Below are positions 63,046 through 64,000 of a stretch of DNA of 64,000 nucleotides, piece after piece. The translations under genes and the position numbers were made by a program. Each line of letters begins with the position of its first letter. Position 1 is the first letter of the stretch. Source of the DNA: Callorhinchus milii (Eukaryota); assembly GCF_018977255.1 (NCBI RefSeq), contig NW_024704742.1, forward strand, positions 29,266,001 to 29,330,000, read 5' to 3'. The notes beneath the pieces were generated by a model. That model had not been told where the DNA came from. It saw only the letters and a program-made list of their open reading frames with translations, and made no database searches.

Positions 63046-63688
63046 TTATTTTTCTCCCGTCACCGTCGATTCTGCCTCTGTTTTGGACGTCAAAGGAAGG
63101 GCAATGGCCGACGGCGTGTTGACGACAACCCAGCGAGTCAAAGTCTTGCTGCCCTCCACAATTCGCTCCACTTCCTTGATCACGGGCAGGTTGTGCAGCT
63201 CTGCCCCCACCTTCCCTCTCTGCCCTTGCTGCCTCATCTCCGGTCCTTTGATGACCGCTGTGATGACTTGAGGAGCACTTTGGCCTCCTGCCTGCTGGGC
63301 GGGCACTGCTAGCCTCATGACCGGCGTGCCCCCCGCCACCGACACGGGGGACAGAGCTTGAATGGCTGTCGCCGCCCCCACCACATTAATGCCGCCGGAC
63401 GTAGCCAGGCCTGCCTTTGTCTGTAAGTGGCACTGGGCTATCTGTGCCACGGGGATGGTGATGATTTTGGTGGGCTGCATCGCGATTTTGTCGCCATTCT
63501 CTGCCGTGCCGGCGGGCACCATGGTAGGAATAGTCTGGATGACCACCTTCGGGGTCGAGCCAGTGGTGTTTGTACTGGTTATTACCGTGGAAACAGGATT
63601 CAGCGTCTGGACGGCCATCGTTGAAAACTTCTGCCCCGAGGAGGTCATGACGACAGGCACTTGCATTGCCACCCGTAAGGTTCTGCTG
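63046..63688 (-). CDS. ELF2: ETS-related transcription factor Elf-2 (NERF), last coding exon; upstream exons lie beyond the window
   Basis: Minus-strand ORF RTLRVAMQVPVVMTS.GQK...PKVVIQTIPT...ENGDKI.MQP.KIITIP...GTPVMRL...AVIKGPE...PSAIALP...EK* matches the ELF2 C-terminus. Acceptor tttctctgccag|; TAA at 63048-63046. ELF2 is the known tail-to-tail neighbour of NOCT. Confidence 0.95.
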
Positions 63689-64000
63689 CTGGCAGAGAAA
63701 ACAAAAATTGACAAATTAGCAATAATTACCCATTTCCCTTCAGGTTTCGAGTTCCACTTACTGTGAAGTCTCATTCTTTTCTGGAATGCATATAAGACAG
63801 GTGCTTAATGTCAGCCTGACTCAGTGGGTAACCCTCTTTTCTCTAAGGCAGAAGGTTGTCGGTATAAAATATGATAAACTGCTAATAGCTCGTCATTCCA
63901 AGGGAAAAGGGTTCAGTGACAAGTTATGCTGAGAGGCAAGTTAAACATGCGTATAAATACATAAATGCGTATGCAATATTTTGAGATGACTGGCCAATCC

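Overview
Vertebrate genomic DNA, most consistent with a cartilaginous fish, possibly a holocephalan. This is inferred from the repeat landscape: tRNA-Ala-headed Deu-domain SINEs with L2-type tails, plus L2, CR1 and shark-type Penelope remnants. The first ~31 kb is repeat-rich and has no supportable gene. The window holds a complete nocturnin gene (NOCT/CCRN4L, + strand; coding exons 35615-35804, 52932-53204, 55211-56043; 431 aa). Tail-to-tail with it is the last coding exon and 3' UTR of ELF2 (- strand), matching the known NOCT-ELF2 arrangement. Main points of interest: (1) this nocturnin keeps all EEP catalytic residues but has non-conservative changes at normally conserved sites (equivalents of human R290C, W221R, G158W) and a Pro after the myristoyl-Gly; (2) a CRE/E-box CpG-island promoter is separated from exon 1 by a 1.4-kb G-rich minisatellite; (3) an L2 relic abutting that island shows an apparent one-directional AT->GC substitution pattern; (4) a candidate intronic second promoter and mini first exon, together with an (ATG)4 run in the targeting sequence, could rewire the mitochondrial/cytosolic isoform switch; (5) there are nested SINE/L2/MITE structures and a degenerate Penelope hammerhead ribozyme. 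No prokaryote-type system (CRISPR etc.) is present. Comparisons to human/other orthologs and TE consensus sequences are from recall, not from a database search.
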